Made by a program: the position numbers and the translations under genes | Notes under the pieces: generated by a model | Seen by the model: only the letters and a program-made list of their open reading frames with translations | Databases searched by the model: none | What the model was told of the DNA's origin: nothing | Shown here: one piece after another, positions 38,767-52,793 of the stretch | How the letters are laid out: each line of letters opens with the position of its first letter | Numbering within the stretch: position 1 is the first letter of the stretch | Assembly (NCBI RefSeq): GCF_006345805.1 | Contig: NC_043004.1 | Location: 23,126,001-23,190,000 of the forward strand | Reading direction: 5' to 3' | Length of the DNA stretch: 64,000 nucleotides | Source of the DNA: Octopus sinensis | Lineage: Eukaryota

Positions 38767-38975
38767 GATGGCGAGCTGGCAGAATCATTAGCAAGTCGGA
38801 CAAAATACTCTGCGGCATTTCGTCCAATTTCACGTTCCCAGTTTAAGTTCCACCTTGGTTGAGTTTAAATTTCATCTTTCTGGGATCGATAAAATAAGTA
38901 CCAATCGAGCAATATAATCGACTAACCCTCACCCCACCCCTAAAATATGTTTTGTGTCTATACTGGAAAATATTA
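38767..38975 (+). mobile_element. Family A SINE
   Basis: GATGGCGAGCTGGCAGAATCATTAGCA...GATAAAATAAGTACC...AATCGACT. Confidence 0.8.
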
Positions 38976-39518
38976 TAAATGGCAATCATATTGAGTGTGC
39001 GCTTGTGTGTTTATCTATGTGAATATGTATCTGTATGTATATGTGTTGGTGTATGCGTGTTTTCAGAAAAGAAAATAGTTTGAACTGAATAATTACATTA
39101 CTGATTATTCAGAATATAGTCAATCAATTTTGAGTTCATAAATATCAGAAATTTAGCCTGGGGTTGTTCATTATTGAGATATCAATCACTTCTGCCTCAA
39201 CATTTTGCCTTAGGCTGTAAACACTTTTCTGAAGAGAAAAAAAAATCCTGAACGCCACAAAAACTCCTTGCTTTTGCTTGTTTTCTTAATACAACATGGT
39301 GGATAAGTTAACCGTATATCAGAGACTCTTTTTATTTCCATATTCTACTACTGAACCTAAATCTTATATCTGAATTCAACTCGTCGCTGTATCTATTCCG
39401 GCAATTAGTCAATGGTATTCAAAATATATCATGAACACTTTGAGGCGAATACTTCAAAAGGACCTTAAAAGCTATAGCTGAAACGAACTAAAAAACGAAC
39501 CTTTAATGAATACAGCGC

Positions 39519-39719
39519 ATGCTGTTCTAATACAGTTTATTTGAATATATTATAATGCATGCTATTCTAATGTGGCTTATCTCAGTGTATTGTAATGTAT
39601 ACTATATTAATGTAACTTATCTTGATATATTATAATATATGATACTCTAGTGTAGCTTAATCCTAACGTATTATTAAATATGCTCTTCTAGTATATCTTA
39701 TCTGTAGTATCCATTAAAT
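39519..39719. repeat. Degenerate 40-bp minisatellite, 5 units
   Basis: Units start at 39519, 39559, 39599, 39639 and 39680 (ATGCT.TTCTA.T...CTTATCT...TATT.TAAT). Confidence 0.8.
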
Positions 39720-39802
39720 ATCAACAAGAAAAAATGGCGGTGAAATATACACCGTTAGTTCCTATGAATCATTATACTTTAATATTATATACTGATATAG
39801 AG

Positions 39803-40256
39803 TGAGCTGAGCTGGCAGAATCGTTACGAAGCCCGACGAAATACTTAGCTGCATATCATCCGTCTTTACATTCTGAGTTCAAATGCCGCCGAAGTCGTCT
39901 TTGCCTTTGATCCATTCGAAGTTGTTAAGATAAGTACCAACTGAGCACTGGAGTCGATATAAACGATTTTCACCACTTTCCCGAAATTGCTGGCCTTGTG
40001 CCAAAATTTGAAATCAATATTATATATATTGATATAAGGGCGGCGATCTCGTGGAATCGTTACCGTACGAGAAAAACGCTTAATGGCATTTCTTCTGACA
40101 TTCCGTTCTTAGTTTAAATGCCCCCGGGGTTGACTTCGCATTTTCCCCTTTCGGGGTCGATAAAATAAATATCAGTTGAGCACTGGAGTTAATATAAACT
40201 ATTTGCACCCCTTCCTCCGAAATTGCTGGCTCTGTGCCAAAATCTGAGACCAGTAT
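39803..40256 (+). mobile_element. Two head-to-tail family A SINEs
   Basis: Heads at about 39803 and 40038. Both end in AAATTGCTGGC.TTGTGCCAAAAT.TGA.A. Confidence 0.85.
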
Positions 40257-40609
40257 TACATATTACACATTAATAAACTTTATTAATATAGTAATCGTTT
40301 GAATAATATTTTATTAATCTAATAATTGTATTAATAGATTTCACAAATGCAATAAATCCATATAAACGATACAAATGAATATTTGTTGTTTTATCAGTGA
40401 AACCACCTGTTAAATAACAAATATTTTCCTTGTAGGAATTTAAACAGGATTTTCAATCAATTTAATAATTTAAGAGTTAATATTTGTAAACCGTCAATGC
40501 ATGTTAAATATATCGTCTTATCATTCGTAACATATTGTAGAGGAGAGAGAACGAATGTACAAGAGTCCGATATCAGTTCAAATGATTAGGATATATTTTT
40601 TTTATGTTG

Positions 40610-41200
40610 TTACAGTTATCGAACTGCGGCCATGCTGGGGCACGGCCTCGAACGGTTAGTGGAACGAATTGACACCAATACATATATTTTTATGCCACTT
40701 TAAAAGGTCACTTTCACAGGATGCTAAGTTATGTGGACATAAACAAAAAACACCGGTTTTCCGGTTTTCTAGCGATGGAGAGGACAAACACAAATACAAA
40801 TCACACAAACATATATAAACTATATGAATACGTATACATATATATGTATATATGCATGCATACATATATAGTTCTGTTGGGTGGCACCTTGGGAAAGTGA
40901 CTTCTACGATAACCTCGGGCGACCAAAGCCTTATCAGTGGATTTGGTTGAAGAAAACTGAAAGAAGCCTGTCGTATATATATGTATATATGTATATGTAT
41001 GTATATATATATGTGTGTTTGTGTCTGTATTTGTCTCACCACCATCGCTTGACAACCGATCTTGGTTTGTTTACGTCCTCTTAACCTAGCGGTTCGGCAA
41101 AAGTAGCAGGCTTACAAAGAATGAGTCCAGGGTCGATTTCTTCGACAAAACGACGATGCTTCAGCATGGCCACAGTCAAAATGACTGAAACACGTAAAAG
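40610..41200. mobile_element. Inverted pair of family B SINE parts (- at about 40610-40795, + at about 40880-41200)
   Basis: Homologous bodies in opposite orientation, separated by a TA-rich spacer. Confidence 0.7.
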
Positions 41201-41416
41201 TGATATATAAAGTGTATGTATATATATATATATCATATACGTATTATATGTGTGTGTATGTATACAACAACCTTGTTTCCGTTTAACAATTCCATTCATT
41301 TCCCATCTCTCTCTGTATATACACATACAAACACACACACACACACATTAGTCTGTCTTTTTATTTGGTTATGATATCAAAACATACCATACAATCAAGA
41401 TCCCAGTCACGATGGA

Positions 41417-41564
41417 CGTATATTACGGCAGAAGTAATATACGCCTACCCAATGGTGCACATCAAAGACACGATCATATAGAACAAGATTTTTGCAATTC
41501 CATATGATCGTGTCTTTGATGTGTAATATACGGTAGGCGTATATTACTTCTGCCGTAATATACG
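41417..41564. mobile_element. 148-bp foldback/MITE-like hairpin with nested subterminal repeats
   Basis: Perfect 33-bp outer arms (41417-41449/41532-41564) and perfect 22-bp inner arms (41458-41479/41502-41523). The motif CGTATATTAC/GTAATATACG occurs five times. Confidence 0.85.
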
Positions 41565-42981
41565 ACCACCATATTTGTATTACTGACGTGAATCTTGCTT
41601 GTCTGGCATTTTATGATAACATAAATAGATAAACGGACAGAATGATAGTTGTTTGTGAGTGTGTGTGTGTATAAAAACTGTTTTTTTTTTAAATAGGTCA
41701 TAAAAACAAACATAAATAACAGACAGGTTGTGCATATATAGCTATATACATCCAAGTCTTTGAACGCGGTATTTGTGCAGATGTTTATATTTTGCTTCAT
41801 GGAATTTTAGCCATACAAAAGATAGTTGTATATATATAGACGTGTGCATACGCATTTATATACAAAGCATTTGGAAAATTTTACGTATTTTTGAGTGTTG
41901 CATTAAACTTATATCTGTAATCTTCTAATTAGAGTTCTTCTTTCTGGCTGTGAGAGCACTCGTTTCTCAAGATCGGTGCTGAGGCAGATTGTTAGATATC
42001 CTAGTACCACAGTAATCACCGGTAAAAATCTGAAATTCTAATTTAAATGGAGAAGCAGTAAATCCTTAAATAGTTCAGTATATGGGTTTTCTTTTTTCGC
42101 TGATCTTTAACGTTACGTTCACATCCGCTGGGCAACTGATTTCCTCTGTTGTTCATAGTTTATTCTTGAGTGCCAATTCACTGTGTCTCGTCTATAATGT
42201 GTGAACTTTGCTGAAGTTTTCACATAAACATTGCATTAGTACTTTTTTTCGAACAATTAATGGTTATGGTTTCTACCGTATTTTAGGCTCATATATTTGA
42301 ACTCAAAATTATACTCACATAGCATCGCATTGTACAACGTCTAGGCCACATCATGATGTCTCATTGATAGATAATAACGCGATAGCATCTTCGTACAACT
42401 GTTTGTGTTGTGTGTGGTATCTTTGGTGAGAACTGTAAAGTCTGCACCATTTAAGACATTTCAATGCTTTTCAGTCATCTCTATCCATTTTGTGCGCCAG
42501 AAGTCCAGGAACTATTACATGTTCCTGGGGAGAAAACCCATACCCTTCAACGAAAAAGACTTAGTGTTTTGGTTTTTGGTTCAAGATAGACTGCTGGTTA
42601 TCAATACTGCTGTCACTCTGCTTATGTTTCTATGCATGGTTTTTCTACCGACATGCACTCATCCATTCATCTACGGTATGCTGCTGGAGAGACATGGACA
42701 TTCTTTGTATATGTATTTGAGGCTAACAGGCGAATATTTCTAGAGAAGGTTTTTCCAAAGTTGCAGTATGTTATCTTCTCTTCGTTCCAGTTTTTTTCCC
42801 CTGAGGGAATTTATAACTTCTTATAAACGTTTCTTGTTTGCCTTCTCATGCAGCAAAGTTGGAGCCGGAGAACATGTCGCTGTACGTATATGTTTCAGCT
42901 GATAACTGCTGGAATTATCATTAAGATTGTGTCTGTTAGATAATATAGTGGAAATTTATAGAAAAACAAAAGACGAAGACA

Positions 42982-43275
42982 GGTGTACAAACAACAAGAA
43001 AGTGTATTAGTTTGACGCTCGGGAAATTGAAGAAGTCTTTTACATTTCGAACCTACGTTCTTCAACAGAAAAGAATAAGAGGAAATAAACAGAGAGAGAA
43101 TGAAAAACAACGGCCCCATGTGGTTACCCTGGTTTGATCCTGACTGAACTTTAAACGCTTTGGACTTGCATATATGAACCACTTCCCGAACTTTCGGCAC
43201 CTCTCCTCATCCACATACCAGTAATCTACCCGGATTACCACTGGATCTACTGATTCTACCTTCAAGGATTTCACT
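42982..43275 (-). mobile_element. PLE-type 3' remnant, second copy of the 24358-24460 repeat, with the hammerhead-like motif at 43073-43036
   Basis: Shares GTATTAGTTT.ACGCTCGGGAA...TTTTAC.TTTCGA.CCTACG.TCTTCAACAGAA with 24.4 kb. The upstream peptide EERCRKFGKWFIYASPKRL weakly recalls the GIY-YIG C-terminus (E..WI..L....P.GLN). Confidence 0.55.
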
Positions 43276-45429
43276 GAATTTTTACGTTAATATAGTAGTA
43301 GTCAGGCAGCGGTCATAACTTGCAATGTAGCCTGACTAACAGGTAACATAGTTTCTGCAAGGATACTTTAATAGAGAAAGCACGTGTTGTTTTGGGGGCA
43401 TCATTGTTCACACTTTAGTTCACTTTTGCTCGGAATAAAATTAATTCTACCTCTTTACTGGATAAAGTTACATTCATAAACTTTCTTCCTATGTTCAACA
43501 GATGCTACTTGACGTAATTATTTTGTTGTAAATAATTCAAATTTGAGCGCAAATCGTTCGTCATAGAATGTTTTCAGTCTGTTCATGTACCCAATAGAAA
43601 TGATTATTGAGTTCATAACTCTAAGAAAAAGGTGTTTTATACTTTCGATTTCTTCAAAACCTTTTTTACCTTCTGTCTTTGAACTGCATGCATGTATGCA
43701 TGTATAGATGTGTGTATTTATAGATGCGTGTACGTATGTATATGTACATATTTATGCATTCAATTTCTGTGAATATTTAGAGTCGTATCAAAGGAGCGGG
43801 TAAAATACGTCAGGGTATTTGTTCTGGATCTGAACACTCTGAATTTAAATCTCATTGAAATCATCCCTGTCCTTCCGCTCCGCCCCATGCTATCAGATCG
43901 TGACTAGAGGGACAATTAGCATAAGCAAAGATATGCTGTCAAGTTATCTTCGATTGCATATATCAACTGTATTAGTCTTTTGTGTCTTTGTTTTTCTATA
44001 CAGCTATATAATTTGATTCGTGAGCTTTAAATTAAAGAAGTATAATATCAATTATATTAAATCGTCACAGAGTCAATGACACTTGTTCTTTCGGGTTTTC
44101 ACTTGATTTTTTGTGTTTTCAATATTGTCATATTTACTTTGTAATAACGAATTTAATTTCTTGGTTAAACGGGATTTCTATCTTCCCAGAATCGAAAACG
44201 ATCTGGTTATTAAATTTCTCTTCCATTTATCTAATTATATTTCAAGAGAAACCTCAAATATTCCACATAGTTTCGCTAAGATATCGTTGATACATCTAAA
44301 CACATCTTCATTGAATATCCTGTTTCTCATAAACGTTGTTAACACACTCACGTCTTAAATATCTAATTGCCTCTTTGTCTATTTCGTATTTCGTGTTAAT
44401 GACAGACGCAGAAAGATATTGGATATTTCTGAAGCCAACACTTATTAATTACTCATTAATTTAGATTATAATCCATTATAAATAAAGAGGTTATGATTTC
44501 TCTCTTTCTTCATTACTGTTAATTAAATTTGATGAATTTTTAATTGCTGTTTGTTAAGTTGCTATTACTTTTGTTGCTAACATTTTCTTTGCGCATCCAT
44601 TGTCGTTGTTCTTGTTCTTGCTTTTAATGTTTAGATCCAAGATATTTCTCATCAATTAATGGTGTAACTCCTGCTACCATGGTAACTGACGTTCCAGATA
44701 TGAACATCATGTATTTTTCAAAACTATCCAGACTACATTTTGTGATGGTGGGGGTAGGCTGTCATTCGAGGAAGTTTTGCCCCTTATTTCGAGTAACTGA
44801 AACGACTTCATAAAAACTCCCAAATTGCTGAGACTGGTGATGCTGTTTTTGTTCTTTTTTGGTTTTCTTGTTGTTGCACGGTTGCAATGACGGTGGTGAT
44901 GGTGGTGATGGTGGTGCTGCTACTTCTGCTGACAGTGGCAGAAGTGTTAGCGATTGTTTTAGTGGTGGTAGTGATGGTGGAGACTTTGAGACATATAATG
45001 ATTGTCATCAAACTACACAGAAATATGCGTGCATGTGCGTATACGTGTATGTATGTCTGCGTGTATGCTGATTGTCAGTATAACCAACTACGCATGTGTA
45101 AGTGTGTATTGATTGTCAACAAGCCAAAAAAACACATATAAATGTATATTGATTGTCAATAAGCCAACTACTAATGATGATATTACATGACATTTCAACA
45201 TTATTTTCGACATTTTACATATATGCTCCATTTAGAAACACTCAATCCTAATAGCGGGTAAATAATTAGATCAATAATGTATATTTTACTGTGTCAAAAT
45301 AAAAATAATCAAAATATTATTGGAATCTAAATGCAACCTCATAACTTAACTATTATAGACACAAACGGATATATATTACACAAAATATGTGTGCGCATGT
45401 ATGTATTTGTACTTGAATGTATAAGTATA

Positions 45430-45590
45430 TATGTATCATGTGTGTATATATCTATATATGTATATATATATATATGTATATATATGTGTATATATCTATA
45501 TGTGTGTATATATCTATATGTGTATATATATATGTGTGTGTGTGTATAGATCTATATATATATATATGTGTGTATATAGATATATATATA

Positions 45591-45682
<92 letters not shown>

Positions 45683-45715
45683 CATATGTATATATACATA
45701 TATGTGTGTATGTAA
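45430..45715. repeat. Compound (TA)n/(TG)n/(GA)n microsatellite
   Basis: Directly visible. Confidence 0.95.
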
Positions 45716-46089
45716 TTGTATGTTTCATTGGATACAGGACTATGTTCAAGCTCAGTCGTTTCTTTTTCATATTTTAGATTTCTCATATATTTTTATTAGC
45801 TCTATACAGTTGGTTTGGAACTGTAGTTTTCCTTTAATCCATATCCGTCGTTTCCAGATCTTCACAATTTCAATTTCAAGAAGAAAATGGAAAATATTTG
45901 GCATTTATGCTGTTTCATTTATTCTGATTGAATTCGTATAGAATTTCACACCAAAGATTTTTTGCCACTGTTAGCATCAGCAGGGACGTGTTGATTTGTT
46001 TGTTGCAGTCAATTTCTTTCTTGAAAAGTGAGACTTTGAAGGTCTAAGAACGTAAAATATAGATTTAATATCTCTACAGATCCACGACA

Positions 46090-46590
46090 CCTGTAGAAAA
46101 AAAAACGAATAAGAAAATATTAAAAATCTAAAACAAAATGTATTAATAAATTAAAACATGCATAAAAGAAAATATATTCCTCATATATACGAATATATGT
46201 ATATGCATATGAAATATGTGTGTGCATGAGAGGTAGGGGTGACACCACATCATCCGACATTCTTACCCTATATTAACTCATCTCAAATTCCCGCCATGTA
46301 ATACGTATGCAAATCAACTTCAGAACTTACCCGTCTCCAGTTGTTGTCGTAAAGAATTTCCACCAGTAACAACAAAACCAGCTGCATGACTCGTCGTATT
46401 TCTAATCTATGAGGTAATTGACCACTGACAGACGCTATCTTCAATATTTCAAACAACTAATACAAAACAAAACAAAACCAGTTGCTGATACCAGCCAAAA
46501 GAATCTCAGTTGCAAAACACTGCAAGCCATAGTCAAGAACAGTGAAGACAACACACTATCAACCATGTATCCAATCACACAGCCAATCAA
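46090..46590 (-). promoter_or_regulatory. Candidate Pol II promoter and spliced 5' end: tandem CCAAT boxes, first exon ending 46331, 240-bp intron, second exon from 46090
   Basis: CCAAT at 46571 and 46583. Donor CGG|GTAAGT (46330-46325). Very strong acceptor TTTTCTTATTCGTTTTTTTTTCTACAG|G. Only short uORF-like frames are present. Confidence 0.4.
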
Positions 46591-48638
46591 ATAGTATCCA
46601 TCAATTTCAAATATCCTAAACGCAACTTCTCAGTTATATCTTTCAAGCCCTACCGATGAGTATGCTTGACTAATATCAACACGCACGATAGCTTCATCTA
46701 CGTGGAATAATCCACTTTACAAGCACACAATATACATATATGTTTTTGTTTGTTCATATATATGCATACACACATATATATTCCTATATATATGCACATA
46801 TATATATATATATATTATAATAAATTAGAGACAAAACCACTATTATGCAAATCAAACAAAGAAAGACTTAAGCCAATACATAAAATATAAAATAATTTAT
46901 ATAAATTAAAATTTAACAAATGAATAACCACTACGATCGTTTATATATATATATATATATATAATATCAAAGATTCCCTTACTCTCTCTCTTTTTCTAGC
47001 TCTCTTCTTTGGCACAAGTATACACGCACACACATGTGTGTGGGTATATGAGTCTGTGTGTGTGTGCGTTTGCCTGAGTGTGTGCCTGTGTGTTGCGTTT
47101 GTACCCCACCACCGCTTGTCAAGTGGTGATGTTCTGTTCAGGTCCACAAAAGTTTGAAATTAAATACCAGGCTTAAAAATAAGTACTGGGATCGATTTGT
47201 TCGAATAAGCCCTTTAAGGCGGTGCTTTAATACGTAGAAAGGAAATACTAGATGAACACAATATTAAAAATATTTCCTGAAATATTTTTATGTTTATAAT
47301 TTTGATCCTTTTAGTTTGTCAATAACATCGGATTATTCTCATAAATCTGATGGAACAATGAGAAACTATTTCTGGACTCACTTGCATAATTCTAGCATTA
47401 GTTGCATTCACTTCTTTCCTAGAAGCCTTTAAGAAGATTTCTGTCCGATTTCTGCACACTCCTTTAAAGTTAACTAAATATTAATCTAAAACACAAAGCC
47501 CCCCCCTCCCACTTCGGAATAGAGTAGATAGCTTTTATGGTTGAGAATTGCATGGGAAGGTTTAAGGAACCGTCACGTCAAACTTCCAGTACTCTTTCTA
47601 TTTCTAGCGGTAGATACTTTATGCATGTAGCTAAACCCTTACACAGAATAGCAAACTCAAACACTATTTACATTCCATAGTTATTCGTTTGGGGGAATAA
47701 CAAAGATATGATATAATTCCATCTCAAGTCTGTGACGCTCATAATTAGCTAGATTCAGAAGCTAATTGTGTTTATATATCTGTGTGTATGTGTGTGTATT
47801 ATATTATATTATCATATTATATCATATATACTACATCATAATATATTTATAGATAGGTATTATGTTCATAGATAGGTAGATAGATAAGTAATGCTATATA
47901 GACATATATGTATACATAAATAAATACAAAAACGTGTATGAATGCATGTATATGCATGAATATTTATATGTGTGAGTGTATGTATGTACATTTGTATGTA
48001 TGTATGTATGTATGTATTTTGAATTATTCTACAATCGTATTTCATACTTGAAAATGTTCGAAAATGTCATCTCAACCAGCATGGTTTTCATGGCAAAATA
48101 ATAACTTGACAGAGCTTCTGAAGCTATTTGATGGCATTTAGTTACTTCGGATTCTGTGGAATGCTGTTCTATGGGTTAAACGTTTCCTAACGTTATACAG
48201 CATGTTGTAATCGATGGGGTTTAATCAAAACCACATGCTTTTGTCATGGGGCTACATCTGTTCATTGTTTATGTAAATAACATTGCAAATATTATCATAC
48301 ATCGTAAAATATAAATCTTTACAGATGATACAAATTGTCAGAATGTCAAGAGACTGTTTAGAACTTTAATTAGTGATACGATGAGCGAAAAAGAAAGTAA
48401 GACATTACGCAGCTAAACAAGGTTGAATTACAGCTTACCCACGTTGGCGAAGTGGATATAGTTAAACAGCCATAATTTCTTCCCTTGGGAGAACTATCCG
48501 AAGCCTCAGTGGACAACAACCTTAGGTGGATTGCACATAATAGTAAAGTTGTTATAAACTGTAGAATATTCTCAAAGATGTTTAGAGATACCAGGATCTT
48601 TAGATTTTATATATATATACACACTTACATAGATATCT

Positions 48639-48673
<35 letters not shown>

Positions 48674-51600
48674 AATAATTAGAGAATATGTCTTCAATTT
48701 TAAAGATTCAAATTTATCAAAGTTATGCAGAATTTTAATTAAGAAATTCTACTGTCTTAGAATTATTGCATTTTATATTTGACAGAGTAGAATTGAAACT
48801 CTATTTCATATTTAACAGATATCAAATCATATAATCAATTTCTTATATAAATACAAGGATACTGATTTACAGATTATTTATATATCCAACTTGTAGAAAT
48901 ATGATTATATGAAATACGTTCATTTCTCAAGTGCAATAGAAATTTCTGCCAGAGGAAATTGAAGCTCTTTATTCCTCTGGGCTGTATGACGGAGCAAATA
49001 TGTATGAGAAAACAAAGAATCATAGAGACAAAGAGGTGATGGTTAAATGAATGTATCTGTAAAATGTGTCCTTGTTGATTTTATATGATGTTAAAGGTTA
49101 ATCTAATCGCCATCTTTTGCAGAGTAGTGCTTAGTTTTGGAGATGGAATTAATGGAGTTTGAAAGTTACTCTAAAGAGATTCACCTCAGCTATGTTTAAA
49201 TGAATGACTTCCTTTTATTTTATTACAATTAATAGATTTATTTTTAATTTATTCCGATCTGAACGTGGCAATGTCAGCCTTTAAATCATTCTATTTTCAG
49301 CAGTTAAATTAGATGAATCACTAATAATATTTTGCCAACTAAACATTGTGGTCTTGGCTTATTATGCTGAGATTCTAGAATTAAATATAAACTAAAGGTA
49401 AGCATTTCTGCAAGAGAAATGCCTTGTTTTTGAGGAGAAATACTGTTCTCATTTATATAAAATAACTTTTACTTTTTGTCTCTTTACAGTATTTCCATTA
49501 AAAATTCGGGGTTTCTAATGTCACTGACGTTATCGACATTTTAAATTCTTGAGTGTTTTGCTATTATCATCTTCCGGCATCTGAGAAATGGTTTCATTAA
49601 ATGCTGCGTTTATTTCCTCATTTCATTTTCGCTTTAAAGATTTTAGAAATTATATAGAAACTAATTGAATGTTCCAACGCAATTGTTATATTGATGAATG
49701 TCATAATTCTTTTAACGTTTTGGCTCTTGGAGTTATTGTTTAACCGCAGGTCAGCTCTGACTGAGCAAGCTTATTATTACATATGTGCAAGCTGAGCTCA
49801 TTCAAGCAGTGCTTTTAAAGTTATGGTGTAATTAGGACAACAACAAAGTAGATACGCATGTCTTTTTTAAGACGGTAGAATGTGCGTTGATGGAAATTTA
49901 GCTGCTGTTTTAGCTGTTCGAATGAAAGCAAAGTGACTCAGATAGATACAAGATATAAGCCATCAAATTCTTAAGTTTTGATTTATATTAATGTTATTCA
50001 ATCTATTTTATATTCGTAAAACCATATTTAATATTCTACCAAAATTTCTGGGTTAGACTAACCAAGAAATGGATATATAAATCTAGTCCGAATATATAAA
50101 TGTATAATAAACATAGCAAATCCATTCACTCTGATCGAAACTTTAAGACCTATTTTCTACGTGATATGTTAATCTGTTTGAGAAAGCAAACAGATCACCT
50201 GCTGCCACCTTAAATTATCGCGTTCTACCGCCTTAGAATTAAAAACAATGTGGCTATTCAAATTCTAGGCAACACGTGTCTATTGAGGAAAGAAAAAAAG
50301 TTTAAAGCGACGTGGCAGCAGGAATTGGCTGTCGATCATAGGTTTACTTCACCTGCATTGATAAGAATGGAAACAAAGACAACATTTAGAGAGCCTTTAT
50401 TGTTTTCTTGTGAATTCACGGGGTATTCTGAGTACCCTTTACTTTCATTCATTTATGCACATAATACAGTGTAATCCATCAATCCAACGTATCAGATAAA
50501 TTTTACTGAGTAATGAATAAATAAGTTACATCCTTGTTTACTCCAGCTTAGAGAGTCCATCGTCTTCGAGACTCCTTGATCTTCTTACACTAAGGATCAT
50601 ATATATTTGCCACGTATATATACACATATACATATGAAATTGCATGAGTTGTGTCACAGTACGAATGAAATAAAATATATACATGTGTGTGCGTGTGCGC
50701 ATGCACGCTCTTGTGTGTGTATATATGTATGTATGATATAGAGTAAACTAATTTACATCCAATCACATATAAACTGCGTTTCACTTGATTGGATATATGT
50801 CACACAACTTTCAAAACGATGAAATACAGCGTTATTAGTTTGTTTTTAACTGAAAATAACATTTCATAAATATATACATAGAATTTATATAAAGTTATGC
50901 AGTAAAGGATTCTTTCGATGTGTTACGAAGGATTTGACTAGGTTTCTGTGGTTTTCAATCCCAAACAAAAAACCCTATATAAATGCGAAATGATATCAAA
51001 AGATTTTGAATGCGAAGCTACTTTTATTAATTAACCATTGTATGAAATTGCTATTAGTTAACACGTTGGTCTAGAAATAACTTTTCAGAATGCATCGTAT
51101 AGTATTAGCTAACATGTTATACTAGAAATAACTATTGAAAACAACATATTTTCTCTGCTTTGTCTTCATAAAATATAACTGAATTAATGAGATCCAACTG
51201 TTCATTAACATCCAAACACTTCAGTTACTCTACACATACATTCACAACACATACAACACATTCACACATACATACAAATACACTCATTCACATTCATATC
51301 CATACATATACACATCTAGACGATTTGATAAATGTATTTTTATGATGACGCTGTTTTCTGAAGCAAAAATAAGTTTTAAAATAACACAGCAGTTTTCAAT
51401 TTTAATTTTTATTCTACTAATGCGCTTTTCTAATTTACAGTAAAATTCTTTTCTTTACAATAATTCAACTTATTTTATACTGTCATTTATTTCGTTTTTC
51501 AATCAACAGAAATAAACTTTTCTTCCCATTGTTCATAGATTTCTTTTTGTTTCTATCTAATTACGTACAAGAATTTTCAATTGATTTTTATGTTTGGTTT

Positions 51601-52395
51601 CAATACATATTCTATCACCTTTATGAAGAAATAAAACAAATAGTCTATGATAGGGAATATGAGGAGAATTACATTGCGAACCAGTAAATGAGTACCTTTG
51701 TGGTCGTCGACCTGTTAGAAATAGTAGCCATTAATACCTCAAAATACACACTAATGTCCTAAAAAGATGCATTCGATAATGAAAAAAGACAACGCTATTG
51801 ATGAAAGTAACACTTGACGGTCTTGTAGAGAACGTTTTTGTTGCAAGTAAATAAAAGGTGGTTTTCACCATTAACTCAAGCATGATTATGAGATTTCAGC
51901 AAATGCTTTGAAGTTGTACATTTCGGGTTCGTTCTCTCTGCATGGCACAGCGAATAAATACCTATTGCTCTAACTTTTGAACGTAATGTTTGGCAGGAAC
52001 TTCATAGTCCACTATTTGAACTGTATGTGTCCTGTAGTTAGTAGATTGACTTAACCTCTTGCGATATATAATATTGTCACTTGGTCGTAGGATACATTTG
52101 CGGTGTAAGCAGACTATTACCAAGGTTCAGGTCATCACATCTTTTGTCTGAAAGTAACTTTCTTTCACCTGTCTGAGAACGTTGTTCTGCAAAAATTCAC
52201 ATATTCTGCCTTTCTAGTCTAACTAAATCACAGACAAAAACATTGATTTTCTTTTCAATTGATTTGTTTCTAAATTTCAATATAACGTTAGAATTAGCTT
52301 ATAATTGGACCGGAAGATGCAACCACGTTAAATTTAATTCTGCAAAAATTGCGAATCACAAATATACAACAAATTTTTAATATAATTATTCTAAA

Positions 52396-52793
52396 CTAGC
52401 AGTATCGCCCGGCGTTGCTCGGGTTTGTAAGGGAAATAACTATATAAGCATTTTTAGAGAGTTATAGCCAAAAAATAGCAAAAAAATGCATTAAAAATGG
52501 AAGAAAAATTATAGTCAATTTTTTTTTAAATCGTTGACTCATCGTAGACATTTTTAGAGAGTTACTTCCCTAATATAATAGCGAAAAAATGCATTAAAAT
52601 GGAAAACAATGATAGTAAATTATTTTTAAAATCGTAGACTCATCGTAGACGCGCGCTAATACCCAGAAGGGCTCGACATGAATCACGACTATAAGATACC
52701 CGCTGTTGGTTACACTGCACCGTAAAATGTGGGAGTAGTTAGGAATCTAAATCGTAGGAGACAGACACACAACTTGACTTTTATATATAAAGA
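52396..52793 (-). mobile_element. Non-autonomous Helitron, 398 bp
   Basis: On the minus strand: A|TC 5' end (52793), GC-rich hairpin CCCGAGCAACGCCGGG, then CTAG|T 3' end (52396). Inserted between A and T with no TSD. Contains an internal tandem duplication of about 110 bp. Confidence 0.85.

Noticed and set aside
42450-42800. C2H2-like fragments (CNFGKTFSRNIRL, VEKP, GENPYP)
   Set aside because: They lie in different frames or strands and no complete C-x2-C...H-x3-H unit is present.
48953-49035. Possible + strand exon EIEALYSSGLYDGANMYEKTKNHRDKE
   Set aside because: Splice sites are only moderate, no phase-compatible neighbour was found and no homology was recognised.
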